Part shown: piece after piece, positions 19,330 to 29,933 of the stretch
How the letters are laid out: the number at the start of each line of letters is the position of its first letter
Numbering within the stretch: position 1 is the first letter of the stretch
From: an uncultured Campylobacterales bacterium
Lineage (GTDB): Bacteria; Campylobacterota; Campylobacteria; Campylobacterales; Sulfurovaceae
DNA length: 48,880 nt
Assembly (NCBI GenBank): GCA_964628135.1
Contig: CAZVPN010000001.1
Location: 1-48,880, forward strand
Reading direction: 5' to 3'
The notes under the pieces: model-generated
Databases searched by the model: none
What the model saw: only the letters and a program-made list of their open reading frames with translations
What the model was told of the DNA's origin: nothing
Made by a program: the position numbers and the translations under genes

Positions 19330-19590
19330 ATGGAAATCAATCTTATAGGCGAAGCACTTAAATTCATGGTGCTCGGAATGGGTGTAGTATACCTCTTCTT
19401 ATATATTATGGTTGTAGCTGTTAAGTTGCAGACAAAGCTTATCGGTAAGTATTTTCCGGAAGAGGCGGCAGCAGAAACGAGCATCTCCGAAAAGACAACA
19501 GATGACGATGAGAGTGCACGTGTAGCCGCTGTTATTGCTGCAGTATCAGAATTCCGAAAATCCAATACTTCAAAGGTTTCAAATGGCTAA
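19330..19590 (+). CDS. oadG: Oxaloacetate decarboxylase gamma subunit (small membrane subunit)
   Basis: 86 aa with a single N-terminal transmembrane helix (FMVLGMGVVYLFLYIMVVAV) and an acidic/Ala-rich tail. It lies immediately upstream of, and overlaps, oadA. The start is taken as the first ATG in the ORF. Confidence 0.7.
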   Translation: MEINLIGEALKFMVLGMGVVYLFLYIMVVAVKLQTKLIGKYFPEEAAAETSISEKTTDDDESARVAAVIAAVSEFRKSNTSKVSNG

Positions 19591-21382
19591 AAAATATATA
19601 GATGTGATGGATACCAGTTTTAGAGATGGTTTCCAGTCAGTATTTGGCGGCAGGGTTCTCATGGAGGATTTTCTTCCGGCAGTAGATGCTGCCAGAAAAG
19701 CAGGGATTACACATTTTGAATTTGGCGGCGGAGCTCGCTTTCAGACTCCTGTGTTTTATTTGCAGGAAGATCCTTTTGAGATTATGGACAAGTTTAGAGA
19801 AGCAGCAGGCAAGGATGCCAATCTTCAGGTGCTTGCCAGAGGTATCAATACCGTCACGCTTGATACCGGAAGCAGAGAGATAATAGATCTTTTTGCCAAG
19901 CTTTTTGCCAAGCATGGAACTACTACAGTCAGAAACTTCGATGCATTGAATGATGTAAATAATTTGAAGTATAGTGCAGATCGAATTATTGAGTATGACA
20001 TGAGTCATGAGGTAGTTGTCACTATGATGGATCTGCCTCCGGGATGCAAAGGGGCTCACGATGTAGCCTTTTATGAGAAAACACTTAGAGATATACTTGA
20101 TAGCGGTATAGAGTTTGAGAGTGTGTGTTTCAAAGATGCATCCGGTACTTCCACTCCAAACAAGGTCTATGAAACTATTACGATGGCAAGAAATCTTCTG
20201 GGTGAAGAGAGACATATTCGTATGCATACTCATGAGACGGCGGGGGTCAGTGTAGCCAGTTATCTTGCAGCTTTGGAGGGTGGAGCAAATGGCATTGATC
20301 TTGCAGCGGCTCCGGTAAGCGGCGGAACTTCACAACCGGATATTATGACTATGCTTCATGCGGTCAAGGGAACAAATTATAATCTTGGCGATCTGGACAT
20401 GAAGAAGATTATTAAGTATGAAAGAGAACTCAAAAACGCACTCAAAGATTACTTTATGCCGCCTGAAGCAAAAAGCGTCAATCCTCTTATTCCTTTATCT
20501 CCTATGCCTGGAGGAGCATTGACTGCCAATACACAAATGATGCGTGACAATGGCAACCTTGATAGATTTGACGAGGTGATAGATGCTATGAAAGAGGTGG
20601 TAGAGAGAGGCGGATACGGCACTTCAGTGACCCCTGTGAGCCAATTTTACTGGCAGCAGGCCTATGCAAATGTGATGTTTGGTCCTTGGAAAGAGATTAC
20701 CCCGGGATATGGCAAGATGGTACTTGGCAGGTTTGGCAAGACTCCTGTTGAGCCGGATCCTGAAATAGTGGCACTTGCAGCTGCCAAGCTGGATCTGGAG
20801 CCTACTACAGAAAATCCCCTCGATATAGCCGATAGAAATGTAGAAAAATCAATCTCATACTGGAGAGATATTCTCAATCAAGAGGGTATCGAGAGCAGTG
20901 ATGAAAATATATTTATTGCGGCTTCTTGTGACAAAAAGGGTATTGCGTTCCTCAAAGGTGAATCTCCTTTGATGGTAAGAAAAGGTGAAAATGATTGTAA
21001 TGGAGCAGAAATGGCAGGAAATTATACAGTAGTAGTGGATGGCAAAAAATATAGCGTTCAGGTGGCAGAGGGTGATGGTGATATCCAAGTAACTCCGTCA
21101 GCATCGACTCCTCAGAGTGCTCCTGCTGCACCTGTGCAGACTCAGGAGGCACCTGCAAGCGGCAAAGGATCTGTAGAGGTATTGGCTCAGACTCCGGGCA
21201 ATGTATGGAAGATTGTCAAAAATGTCGGTGACAAAGTTGAAGAGGGTGAGGTGATAATGATCTTGGAGGCGATGAAAATGGAGATTGAGATTCCATCACC
21301 AAGCGCCGGTACAATAGCCTCAATCAATGTCAAGCCAAATGATGCAGTGCATGATGGTCAACTTTTGGCAACCATATCATAG
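19583..21382 (+). CDS. oadA: Oxaloacetate decarboxylase alpha subunit / pyruvate carboxylase B-type carboxyltransferase with biotinyl domain
   Basis: [10 protein letters not shown] carboxyltransferase TIM barrel, Pro/Ala linker and C-terminal biotinyl domain with EAMKME. ATG 19583 overlaps the oadG stop. Confidence 0.9.
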   Translation: MAKKYIDVMDTSFRDGFQSVFGGRVLMEDFLPAVDAARKAGITHFEFGGGARFQTPVFYLQEDPFEIMDKFREAAGKDANLQVLARGINTVTLDTGSREIIDLFAKLFAKHGTTTVRNFDALNDVNNLKYSADRIIEYDMSHEVVVTMMDLPPGCKGAHDVAFYEKTLRDILDSGIEFESVCFKDASGTSTPNKVYETITMARNLLGEERHIRMHTHETAGVSVASYLAALEGGANGIDLAAAPVSGGTSQPDIMTMLHAVKGTNYNLGDLDMKKIIKYERELKNALKDYFMPPEAKSVNPLIPLSPMPGGALTANTQMMRDNGNLDRFDEVIDAMKEVVERGGYGTSVTPVSQFYWQQAYANVMFGPWKEITPGYGKMVLGRFGKTPVEPDPEIVALAAAKLDLEPTTENPLDIADRNVEKSISYWRDILNQEGIESSDENIFIAASCDKKGIAFLKGESPLMVRKGENDCNGAEMAGNYTVVVDGKKYSVQVAEGDGDIQVTPSASTPQSAPAAPVQTQEAPASGKGSVEVLAQTPGNVWKIVKNVGDKVEEGEVIMILEAMKMEIEIPSPSAGTIASINVKPNDAVHDGQLLATIS

Positions 21383-21390
21383 GTCGTTAT

Positions 21391-22713
21391 ATGAATTTTA
21401 GAAAGATAGTGTATCTGCTATTGATCGCATTATTTGCCTCAACTATTGCTGTACAGGCAAAAGAGGAGAGGGTATCTATAGAATCAAAGCAGGTGGTGCA
21501 ACATGCAAAATACGAGCATAAGACATTGACTCAGTTGGCAGCAAGTTTTTGGAAAACAACCGGGCTTTATGCAATATTCAATACTCATGACAATGAGATT
21601 TCTGTTGATCCGGCAGGCAATGTCAAAAAACTTGGGGCTTTTGAATCATCATTTGGTCGCATAATTATGTTTGCGATCGTTTTTGTGCTTTTTTATCTCG
21701 CTATAGCCAAAGGATTTGAGCCTCTGCTTCTGCTGCCTATTGCTTTTGGAGGACTTCTTGCCAATATTCCGCTGGCGCACATGACGGGACCGGATGGAAT
21801 GCTCGGCGTGATTTACAACATGGGTATTGCCAATGAGTTTTTCCCGCTTTTGATATTTATGGGAGTAGGAGCTATGACGGACTTTGGACCTCTGCTTGCA
21901 AATCCCAAAACAGCACTTTTGGGGGGTGCAGCACAATTTGGCATATTTGGCTCACTCGTAGGTGCTGTTGCGCTAGGTTTTGATCTGCGTTCCGCATCAG
22001 CTATCAGTATTATTGGTGGTGCAGATGGTCCTACATCGATATTTATAGCAAACAAACTGGCTCCCGATATGCTTGGAGCTATTGCAGTGGCAGCTTACTC
22101 ATATATGGCTTTGGTACCGGTCATTCAGCCTCCTATAATGAAACTTCTGACAACCAAAGAGGAGCGCCAGATAAGAATGGGAGTCCAAAGAAAAGTCAAC
22201 AGAAAAGAGAAGCTCATATTTCCGCTATTGGTGATAATGCTCTCTATCTTTATACTGCCTGAGTCCACCCCTTTGATAGGTGCATTTGCATTTGGAAACT
22301 TTGCCAAGGAGTCGGGTGTAGTAGATAGATTGAGTGATACTATGCAAAATGCACTGATAAATGCCGTTACCATTTTCTTGGGTCTTGGAGTCGGATCCAA
22401 GCTTGCAGCTGACAAGTTTTTAGTGCTTGATAGTTTAGGCATTATGCTAATAGGGCTTGTGGCATTCTCTGTAGGTACGGCAGCCGGTGTTTTGATGGCA
22501 AAATTGATGAATAAGTTCTCAAAAGAGCCAATAAATCCACTCATAGGAGCTGCCGGAGTATCGGCTGTGCCTATGTCTGCAAGGGTTGTCAGCAAAGTAG
22601 GTAGCGAAGCCAAGCCGGGCAACATTTTGCTTATGCATGCCATGGGTCCAAATGTGGCAGGCGTCATTGGTTCGGCAGTGGCAGCAGGTGTCTTGCTGTC
22701 TATATTCAAATAA
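21391..22713 (+). CDS. oadB: Oxaloacetate decarboxylase beta subunit (Na+-translocating)
   Basis: 440-aa polytopic membrane protein with family motifs ([38 protein letters not shown]). Confidence 0.92.
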   Translation: MNFRKIVYLLLIALFASTIAVQAKEERVSIESKQVVQHAKYEHKTLTQLAASFWKTTGLYAIFNTHDNEISVDPAGNVKKLGAFESSFGRIIMFAIVFVLFYLAIAKGFEPLLLLPIAFGGLLANIPLAHMTGPDGMLGVIYNMGIANEFFPLLIFMGVGAMTDFGPLLANPKTALLGGAAQFGIFGSLVGAVALGFDLRSASAISIIGGADGPTSIFIANKLAPDMLGAIAVAAYSYMALVPVIQPPIMKLLTTKEERQIRMGVQRKVNRKEKLIFPLLVIMLSIFILPESTPLIGAFAFGNFAKESGVVDRLSDTMQNALINAVTIFLGLGVGSKLAADKFLVLDSLGIMLIGLVAFSVGTAAGVLMAKLMNKFSKEPINPLIGAAGVSAVPMSARVVSKVGSEAKPGNILLMHAMGPNVAGVIGSAVAAGVLLSIFK

Positions 22714-22738
22714 TTAAATCCATACAAAGAAGGGAAAA

Positions 22739-24331
22739 ATGAGCACTATTACTCCAAAAGGGCTTGAAAAATTAGGTTTAGAAAATATCGGTAATGTATT
22801 TTATAACACAGATTATGATGAGCTTATCACCAAAGAGATAGAAAATGGCGAATGCAAAATGTCAGATACAGGTGCCACGATTTGTGATACAGGTATATTT
22901 ACCGGTAGAAGTCCAAAGGATAAATATTTTGTAGATCAAGAACCTTCCAACAAAAACATAGCTTGGGGAGATGTCAACCAGCCGGTTAGCAGAGAGGTGT
23001 TTGATGAGCTTTTTGAGCTGACCAAAAAACAACTCTCAAATAAAGACATTTATGTAATAGATGTATTTGCAGGTGCAAGTAAGGCAAGTCGTAGAAATAT
23101 TAGATTTGTTACAGAGGTTGCTTGGCAGGCACACTTTGTCAAAAATATGTTTATTAGACCTACAGAGGAGGAGCTCAAAGATTTTGAACCTGACTTTGTA
23201 GTATATAATGGATGCAAAGCTACTGATGAAAATTTCAAAGAGCATGGTTTGCACTCTGATGTTTTTGTTTTGTTTGATATAGAGAGAAATATATCTATCA
23301 TCGGAGGCACTTGGTATGGCGGTGAGATGAAAAAGGGTATATTCTCTATGATGAATTATTGGTTGCCTCTTGAGGGCAAGCTCTCTATGCATTGCTCAGC
23401 CAATGTCGGCAAAGAGGGTGATGTTTGTCTCTTTTTTGGACTTTCCGGCACCGGCAAGACTACACTGTCAACAGATCCTGAGCGCGCCTTGATAGGCGAT
23501 GATGAGCATGGATGGGATGAGCATGGAGTATTTAACTTTGAGGGCGGATGTTATGCCAAAGTAATCAATCTTGACTCTGAGAGTGAGCCTGAGATTTATG
23601 GAGCAATTACCAAAGGCGCTCTTCTTGAGAATGTCGTTTATGATGAAGCCGGAGTAGTTGATTATAGTGATGGTTCCAAGACAGAAAACACAAGAGTATC
23701 ATATCCGATTGAGCATATCAAAAATCATCAAGAGGGTCTGCAGGCAGGTCATCCGAGCAATATCATCTTCTTGACAGCTGATGCCTTTGGGGTGCTGCCA
23801 CCGGTAAGCAAATTGACTAAAGAGCAGGCAATGTATTATTTTCTTAGCGGATATACTGCTAAAGTGGCAGGAACTGAGAGGGGTATTACTGAACCGGTAG
23901 CTACATTCTCAGCCTGCTTTGGTGAAGCATTTCTACCGCTTCATCCAACAGTTTATGCGAAACTTCTTGGTGAAAAAATAGATGAACACAATGTAAATGT
24001 ATATCTGGTCAACACCGGCTGGACAGGCGGTGCTTACGGTGTGGGCAAAAGAATGAGCATCAAAGATACAAGAGCTTGTATAGCAGGCATACTCAATGGC
24101 TCTATCAATGATGCAGAGTTTGATACATTGCCGGTTTTCAATCTCAGTATCCCAAAAACACTGGATGGAGTTAAGGACAACAATGTGCTGAACCCTATGC
24201 AAACCTGGGAAGACAAAGATGAGTATATGAAAACTCTGACTAAGCTTGCCTCAATGTTCAAAGAGAACTTTGATCGATATAGCGGTGAGGGCAGTGAGTT
24301 TAATTTGGCTTCAGCGGGTCCACAAATTTAA
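22739..24331 (+). CDS. pckA: Phosphoenolpyruvate carboxykinase (ATP)
   Basis: 530 aa with the kinase-1a motif [13 protein letters not shown], plus IGDDEHGW and GGCYAK. AAGGGAAAA RBS. Confidence 0.97.
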   Translation: MSTITPKGLEKLGLENIGNVFYNTDYDELITKEIENGECKMSDTGATICDTGIFTGRSPKDKYFVDQEPSNKNIAWGDVNQPVSREVFDELFELTKKQLSNKDIYVIDVFAGASKASRRNIRFVTEVAWQAHFVKNMFIRPTEEELKDFEPDFVVYNGCKATDENFKEHGLHSDVFVLFDIERNISIIGGTWYGGEMKKGIFSMMNYWLPLEGKLSMHCSANVGKEGDVCLFFGLSGTGKTTLSTDPERALIGDDEHGWDEHGVFNFEGGCYAKVINLDSESEPEIYGAITKGALLENVVYDEAGVVDYSDGSKTENTRVSYPIEHIKNHQEGLQAGHPSNIIFLTADAFGVLPPVSKLTKEQAMYYFLSGYTAKVAGTERGITEPVATFSACFGEAFLPLHPTVYAKLLGEKIDEHNVNVYLVNTGWTGGAYGVGKRMSIKDTRACIAGILNGSINDAEFDTLPVFNLSIPKTLDGVKDNNVLNPMQTWEDKDEYMKTLTKLASMFKENFDRYSGEGSEFNLASAGPQI

Positions 24332-24334
24332 CAT

Positions 24335-24778
24335 ATGTTTTCTAACTTAAAATTCAAACTCCTTAATATGTTTAGGGAGTTTCTAGTGCATCACAGCAAA
24401 TCACTTGAATTTCGTGCAGAGCTGATCGTGCTTCTTGTAATGGCAGATGAAAAAATTGGAAAATGTGAAAAACAGGTGATAGAAAATATAGCACAAGAGA
24501 TATACAAAGATGAACCGGACAGAGCGAGAGTTTTATTCGAAACAATACATGAGTTTCATGAAAAAATTATAGAGCATAACGGATTGGATTATAGTGATCT
24601 GATTACAAAGATCAGAAATGATATCCGAAAAACTCCACGATTTGCACACAAAATCAATATATCCCAACTTGATAGATTCAGAGAATGTATAGACAGCGAA
24701 GAGGATAAAATATTTCATGATAGAATAATAGAATTTTTATCCAGTCTAAAAAAGGAGTCTATGAGTGGAAAGTTATAG
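24335..24778 (+). CDS. Hypothetical protein (all-helical, unknown function)
   Basis: 147-aa ORF 3 nt after the pckA stop, with no recognisable catalytic motif. The start is uncertain (ATG 24335 or 24368). Confidence 0.5.
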   Translation: MFSNLKFKLLNMFREFLVHHSKSLEFRAELIVLLVMADEKIGKCEKQVIENIAQEIYKDEPDRARVLFETIHEFHEKIIEHNGLDYSDLITKIRNDIRKTPRFAHKINISQLDRFRECIDSEEDKIFHDRIIEFLSSLKKESMSGKL

Positions 24779-25040
24779 AATTATAATATCCGGCAAAGTT
24801 CAACATGTCTACTATCGTAAATTTGTCTCTCAGGCTCTTCAGAGGATCGGCATCCAAGGCTATATCCAAAATCTAAATGATGGTTCAGTGGAAGTAGTCG
24901 CACGTATTTATGATGATCAGATAGAGGATGTAAGGCAAGCTCTTGAGGAGGGCTCTCCGATGAGCAGCGTGGAGAGTATCAATATGCAGATCATAGAGGA
25001 GGATGATATTCTTTTTGACGGATTTGAGATTAGATATTGA
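24765..25040 (+). CDS. acyP: Acylphosphatase
   Basis: 91 aa with the family signature around ISGKVQHVYYRKF and GYIQNLNDGSVEVV. The GTG start overlaps the upstream ORF by 14 nt. Confidence 0.8.
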   Translation: MESYRIIISGKVQHVYYRKFVSQALQRIGIQGYIQNLNDGSVEVVARIYDDQIEDVRQALEEGSPMSSVESINMQIIEEDDILFDGFEIRY

Positions 25041-25043
25041 TAT

Positions 25044-25754
25044 TTATCTTTCAATCCCATGCTGTGCATACTCTTGATCTATTTTTTCCTGCATAGTTTT
25101 CTGTACCTGCTCATACCAATTTTTTGGTTCATCTTTTACATCGAAGGCTTCAAGATAAATTACTTTTACTGTGCCACTGTGTGCAGTCTGGTCGTGCTCA
25201 TTGAGCACCCATTTGCTGCCAAGTATGACAATAGGCTGAACTCTCATATCCAGTTTTTGTGCCACAAGTTTGGTGCCAGATTTAAACTGTAGCAGTGTTT
25301 GATCTGCCGATCTGGTACCTTCTGGGAAGATGGCAACAGCACGGTTTTTTTGAGTGATGCTCTCTTGAACATCACCTATTAGCTTGCGCAATCCAGCTTT
25401 GTTCTCCCTGTCGACACTTATCATATCCCCGCCTTTTAGCAGATATCCATACAGTGGCATATCAAACAGCTCTTTTTTGGCTACCCATCGCCAATGAACA
25501 TTCTCAATAGCTTCCATAGTGACGATATCTATTATTCCCTGATGGTTCATTATAAAAAGATTGGCCCTCTCATCTCTATCTCCAACCTTCTTGATATCTG
25601 CACCTATAAGAAACAAGATAACCCTGTTTAATTTGTGCATTATAATGCCTTTGTGCTTCGGGAATATATAGACCAAAGGTATCATGAGCAGACCGACAAT
25701 GGCACCGATAACAAATGCACCCCAGCCAAATCTAATTTTCGCAAAGATCTTCAT
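25044..25754 (-). CDS. plsC: 1-acyl-sn-glycerol-3-phosphate acyltransferase
   Basis: N-terminal transmembrane helix, NHQGIIDI (HX4D) and FPEGTR motifs. Confidence 0.9.
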   Translation of the reverse strand: MKIFAKIRFGWGAFVIGAIVGLLMIPLVYIFPKHKGIIMHKLNRVILFLIGADIKKVGDRDERANLFIMNHQGIIDIVTMEAIENVHWRWVAKKELFDMPLYGYLLKGGDMISVDRENKAGLRKLIGDVQESITQKNRAVAIFPEGTRSADQTLLQFKSGTKLVAQKLDMRVQPIVILGSKWVLNEHDQTAHSGTVKVIYLEAFDVKDEPKNWYEQVQKTMQEKIDQEYAQHGIER

Positions 25755-26772
25755 TTTTTATCCATCCAATAATATTATTTTTTAAATTTACTTTATAATA
25801 CTCTCCTCTTTGGTTAAGTATATTTGCTGTTGTTTGATCTGGTACACGGAAACTTGTAGTGCTGTTCTCGGTAGGTATTATATATAATGGAGCTCCCTCC
25901 TGAATACATATTGTTCCTTTTGGTTTGTATATTCCAAACAGCACAATCGCAACCAGAACAAAAATAACCAAGAAGAAGATATCTTTATGTAGCCAAAACA
26001 TCCAAAATAAAAACATCAAGAGTAGAATGAGCCCATATTTTTTGATCTTTTCAAATCCGCTATCTTTTGGATTGAGCTCCTCCTGCGCAGCTACGGTTTT
26101 TTCTCTGTAGTCTGTAGAGATAGTTTTGGGGATAAATCTATTCTGCAGAGTGTTGTAGTATGATAGAGTAATGCTTTTTTTTGACGAAGGTAGAACAAAA
26201 TAATATTCAACCACCGCTTCCGCACCTTTTTCGTCAAGTTTTTCAATGCCGGACTCACTGGCATCGTTTATGTGTATATATTCAGGATTTGCCTCGGTAG
26301 CCTTAAAAACCATAGATATGAGATTGCTATGACCATCAAACTCTGAAACCTGTGAGGAGATAAGTTTGCAGTTTGATGCTATGAGTCCACAAAAATTTTT
26401 ATTTTTGGAAGCATCCAAAAATCTAACCGGTATAAATCTGCTTTCAAGAGTTGTGGAGCCGTTTTCATCGGTAATTGTCAGCTTGGGGATCTCAAAGTCG
26501 ACGTCGCCTGCTTTGAAGTAAAAGGTATAAAATACTTTTCCTCCACTCAAATCCCTGATAGGGGCTTTTGACAGGGGTTTTATACTATTTTCCTGATCGA
26601 AACGAAAAGAGATATTATTCTCTGTATCTCCGCTGCTATCCACAACCGTTACGGCAAAATGCTGTGTCGAATATACAAATTTAGGTATATAGCTATAACT
26701 GTAATCAGCATGCAAAAATTGATTTGCAAACAGTACAAAGAGTATCTTTAGCCATATTGACCTGTAAGTCAT
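25732..26772 (-). CDS. Hypothetical membrane protein (signal peptide, beta-rich domain, two transmembrane helices, SH3-like C-terminus)
   Basis: 346 aa. N-terminal signal-like segment, transmembrane pair [13 protein letters not shown] / [17 protein letters not shown], and a C-terminal [23 protein letters not shown]3b-like motif. It overlaps purQ by 4 nt and plsC by 23 nt. Confidence 0.6.
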   Translation of the reverse strand: MTYRSIWLKILFVLFANQFLHADYSYSYIPKFVYSTQHFAVTVVDSSGDTENNISFRFDQENSIKPLSKAPIRDLSGGKVFYTFYFKAGDVDFEIPKLTITDENGSTTLESRFIPVRFLDASKNKNFCGLIASNCKLISSQVSEFDGHSNLISMVFKATEANPEYIHINDASESGIEKLDEKGAEAVVEYYFVLPSSKKSITLSYYNTLQNRFIPKTISTDYREKTVAAQEELNPKDSGFEKIKKYGLILLLMFLFWMFWLHKDIFFLVIFVLVAIVLFGIYKPKGTICIQEGAPLYIIPTENSTTSFRVPDQTTANILNQRGEYYKVNLKNNIIGWIKNEDLCEN

Positions 26773-27452
26773 TTTTTGGAAAAGCCCTTTAGCATCTTGA
26801 CCCCGTCATCAGAGCCCAGCACAATATCTATAGCCCGCTCAGGATGCGGCATGAGACCATATACATTCTTCTCTTTATTGCAGACGCCTGCAATCTGCTC
26901 TACAGAACCATTCAGCACCATTGGATTTCCGTCAGCATCACAGTATTGGAGCAGTATTTGCCCATTCTCTTTCATTTTTTGCAGCTCGTCTTCATCCACA
27001 TAGTAATTTCCGTCAGCATGTGCTACGGGAATGTTTAGCACTTCGTCCTTTTGGCATCTGTTCAAAAAATCATTATCGTTGTTGATGACTTTGACGGTTT
27101 GGTGCTTGGATATGAAGTGCAGATTGTTGTTTCTTTTGAGTGCTCCGGGAAGCAGCCCCATTTCAGTAAGTACTTGAAACCCGTTGCAAATACCAAGTAC
27201 TTTACCGCCATTGTCGGCATACTCTTTGAGGGAATTGATTACGGGCGAGAATCTTGCTATTGCACCTGAGCGCAGATAGTCGCCATAGCTAAAGCCTCCT
27301 GGGATGACAACAAGGTCGCTATTTTTGGGTATTTTATCCTCTTTGTGCCAAATAATATTTGTCTTGTAGCCAAGTTTTTCAAAGGCGTACCCCGTGTCAT
27401 ACTCACAGTTCGTACCGGGAAATTGCAAGATCGTTACAGTCGGCTTTTTCAT
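26769..27452 (-). CDS. purQ: Phosphoribosylformylglycinamidine synthase subunit PurQ (glutaminase)
   Basis: GICNGFQ nucleophile elbow and MPHPER His/Glu region. The start overlaps the purS stop. Confidence 0.95.
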   Translation of the reverse strand: MKKPTVTILQFPGTNCEYDTGYAFEKLGYKTNIIWHKEDKIPKNSDLVVIPGGFSYGDYLRSGAIARFSPVINSLKEYADNGGKVLGICNGFQVLTEMGLLPGALKRNNNLHFISKHQTVKVINNDNDFLNRCQKDEVLNIPVAHADGNYYVDEDELQKMKENGQILLQYCDADGNPMVLNGSVEQIAGVCNKEKNVYGLMPHPERAIDIVLGSDDGVKMLKGFSKK

Positions 27453-27691
27453 TCTACTATCTCTATATCATAATCTTCTATTACTGTATTGGCAAGAAGT
27501 GTCTCTGCCATCTCTTTGACCTCTTTGGCAGCGCTTTCGGTATCATTACTGTTTAATTCCATTACAATTTGCTTGCCGATTCGAACATTGTCAATATTGC
27601 TGAAACCAAGTGAGTTTAATGCGTGATGTGTTGCTTTGCCTTGAGGATCAAGAACCCCGTTTTTAAGATATACATTTACAATAGCTTTCAT
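27449..27691 (-). CDS. purS: Phosphoribosylformylglycinamidine synthase subunit PurS
   Basis: 80 aa with VLDPQG motifs, positioned between purC and purQ. Confidence 0.9.
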   Translation of the reverse strand: MKAIVNVYLKNGVLDPQGKATHHALNSLGFSNIDNVRIGKQIVMELNSNDTESAAKEVKEMAETLLANTVIEDYDIEIVE

Positions 27692-27700
27692 TTTTTCCCC

Positions 27701-28414
27701 TTATCTGTTCTGTATGCGCTCTAATACCATTTGGTAGGCTTCCTTCAAGCCACCCAAGCCTTGTCTAAACCTGTCTTTATCCAACTTCTCATCTGTTTTG
27801 GCATCCCAGAGTCTGAAATTGTCAGGACTAAGCTCGTCTATAAGGATAATATTTCCATATTTGTCATACCCAAACTCCAACTTAAAATCAACAAGTTTGA
27901 TATCGAGATCAGCATAAAAACTGCTTAAGATCTTATTGATACGTCTTGCCATATATCTGATATACTCCAAGTCAGCTTTATCTCTGACAAGACCTAGTAT
28001 CATGCAGTGCTGATCATTGATCTTGGGGTCACCGAGTTCATCATTTTTATAATCAAACTCTACCAGTGTAAACGGCAGAGGAGTTTTATCCTCGATGCCC
28101 AAATTTCTACTAAGACTTCCGGTGGCAATATTTCTTACAATTACCTCTATCTTGATTACTTCAGCTTTTTTGTGGAGCATATGGTTTTCATCCAACATAT
28201 CCATATAGTGAGTAGGTATCCCCACCTCCTCAAGATATCTAAAAAGCTCAGCGGAGATTTTATTGTTTAGCTCCCCCTTTCCCTCTTCGCTGGATTTTTT
28301 CTCTCCGTTGAATGCTGTCAGCGAGTCCTTGAATTCTGATATCAGAATATCCGGGTTATCTGTATTCCATATTTTTTTTGCTTTTCCCTCATAGAGGAGG
28401 GTTGTTTTGGTCAT
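27701..28414 (-). CDS. purC: Phosphoribosylaminoimidazole-succinocarboxamide (SAICAR) synthase
   Basis: LYEGKAKK N-terminus and [20 protein letters not shown] motifs. Confidence 0.95.
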   Translation of the reverse strand: MTKTTLLYEGKAKKIWNTDNPDILISEFKDSLTAFNGEKKSSEEGKGELNNKISAELFRYLEEVGIPTHYMDMLDENHMLHKKAEVIKIEVIVRNIATGSLSRNLGIEDKTPLPFTLVEFDYKNDELGDPKINDQHCMILGLVRDKADLEYIRYMARRINKILSSFYADLDIKLVDFKLEFGYDKYGNIILIDELSPDNFRLWDAKTDEKLDKDRFRQGLGGLKEAYQMVLERIQNR

Positions 28415-29745
28415 TTTGCCTTCCTTGAACTTTGTGTGATAATCAGAGCTTTGAGTATGTCAGTCGCTGATTTTAGTTGTGCATCTTTGTACAGCTGATC
28501 ACTACTGATTATGTTTTTGCTCTTTTTGCTTGCATTTGTATCAGTTGTATTGTTATCGACCTTTTTGTGATCAACTTTTTGTAACTCTACTTCCAGATGC
28601 TTTTTTAGGTCTCTCTCTTTGAGCGACAATGTGTTGTTGTCCTCTCTTTTGACAACACCAGAGTCAACAATAATATCTGGGGTAACGCCTTTGTTTTGGA
28701 TAGTTCTGCCGCTGGGGAGATAATATCTTGCTACTGTTAGTTTGATGCCTTCTCCGTTGCCTATCGGAACCACCACCTGCACGCTTCCTTTGCCAAATGT
28801 TTTTTTGCCGACTACAATAGCTCTATGTGTGTCTTGCAGAGCACCACTTACTATTTCACTGGCACTTGCACTTCCACCATTGACGAGCACAACTATAGGT
28901 ATAGTTTTGTTTATCGTGTTTGATTTTTTTGCACTATATACAACATTTTCGCTCTTGTTTCTACCTTTTTGACTTACCAGAGTGCCCTTGTCGATAAATA
29001 GATCCAAAGTTCCGACTGCTTGGCTCAAAAGTCCGCCTGGATTGTTTCTGAGATCTATAATGAGACCCTTTGCTTTAGGATGCTTAAGGAGTGCATCCTT
29101 GACACCTTTTGCCACCTTGGAGTCAAAAGATGTAATATGTATATATAGAATATCTTTGCCAATTGTTTTTGTTTTGACAGATTGTATCTTGATGATATCT
29201 CTTGTAATAGGGATTATCAGGGGTTTGCTTTCTCCTTTTCGGACTATAGTGAGTTTGATTTTGGTTTTTGGTTTGCCTCTCATGAGCTTGACTGCTTCAT
29301 CTATGGACATTCCAATGGTTGCTTCACTGTTAATCTTTAAGATGATATCTCCAGCTTTGACCCCCGCCCTAAAAGCAGGTGTACCATCAATGGGCGCAAT
29401 CACCGTCAGCGCACCGTCTCTCATACCCACTACAATGCCCAGCCCGCCAAACTCGCCTTTGGTCTGGACATTAAGGTTTTTGAAGCTTTTTGCGTCCATA
29501 TATACGGAGTGTGCATCAAGATTGCTCATCAGACCCTTAAGCGCTTTGGTAATAAGCGTACTGGTGTTTATGTCATCGACATACTGGCTCTCAACAAGAT
29601 TCAGTATTTGAGAAAATTTGATATATGCAGCAAGTTTGCTCTCTTTGTCACTTTTTGCATATAGCGTTCCTGATCCAAGCATGAGAGTGGTAGTTATTGC
29701 AACAGCAAACTTTTTTGCAAATTTTTTGTTATATTTTATGATCAT
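28411..29745 (-). CDS. Carboxy-terminal processing protease (peptidase S41) with PDZ domain
   Basis: Signal peptide, PDZ (GDIILKIN), S41 motifs ([26 protein letters not shown]). Confidence 0.93.
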   Translation of the reverse strand: MIIKYNKKFAKKFAVAITTTLMLGSGTLYAKSDKESKLAAYIKFSQILNLVESQYVDDINTSTLITKALKGLMSNLDAHSVYMDAKSFKNLNVQTKGEFGGLGIVVGMRDGALTVIAPIDGTPAFRAGVKAGDIILKINSEATIGMSIDEAVKLMRGKPKTKIKLTIVRKGESKPLIIPITRDIIKIQSVKTKTIGKDILYIHITSFDSKVAKGVKDALLKHPKAKGLIIDLRNNPGGLLSQAVGTLDLFIDKGTLVSQKGRNKSENVVYSAKKSNTINKTIPIVVLVNGGSASASEIVSGALQDTHRAIVVGKKTFGKGSVQVVVPIGNGEGIKLTVARYYLPSGRTIQNKGVTPDIIVDSGVVKREDNNTLSLKERDLKKHLEVELQKVDHKKVDNNTTDTNASKKSKNIISSDQLYKDAQLKSATDILKALIITQSSRKAK

Positions 29746-29933
29746 ATTTTTGATTCCCCTTAAAAGTTCATAATTTTATAGAAATATCACTTAGATGATG
29801 ATATATCATTGATATCTGAATAGTAGTAAAATTTTACTAACTGTCTATTAATGGTTGATATTGCAACTTAGATTGCATCATGTTTTGTCTCATTATGTTA
29901 AACTTATACCAATAAAACAACAGGAGTGCAATT

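Noticed and set aside
19637-20233. 198-aa minus-strand ORF
   Set aside because: It is antisense to oadA. Shadow ORF.
22125-22727. 200-aa minus-strand ORF
   Set aside because: It is antisense to oadB, which has strong family motifs. Shadow ORF.
28982-29611. 209-aa plus-strand ORF
   Set aside because: It is antisense to the S41 protease gene and its sequence is low-complexity Ser/Leu/Pro. Shadow ORF.
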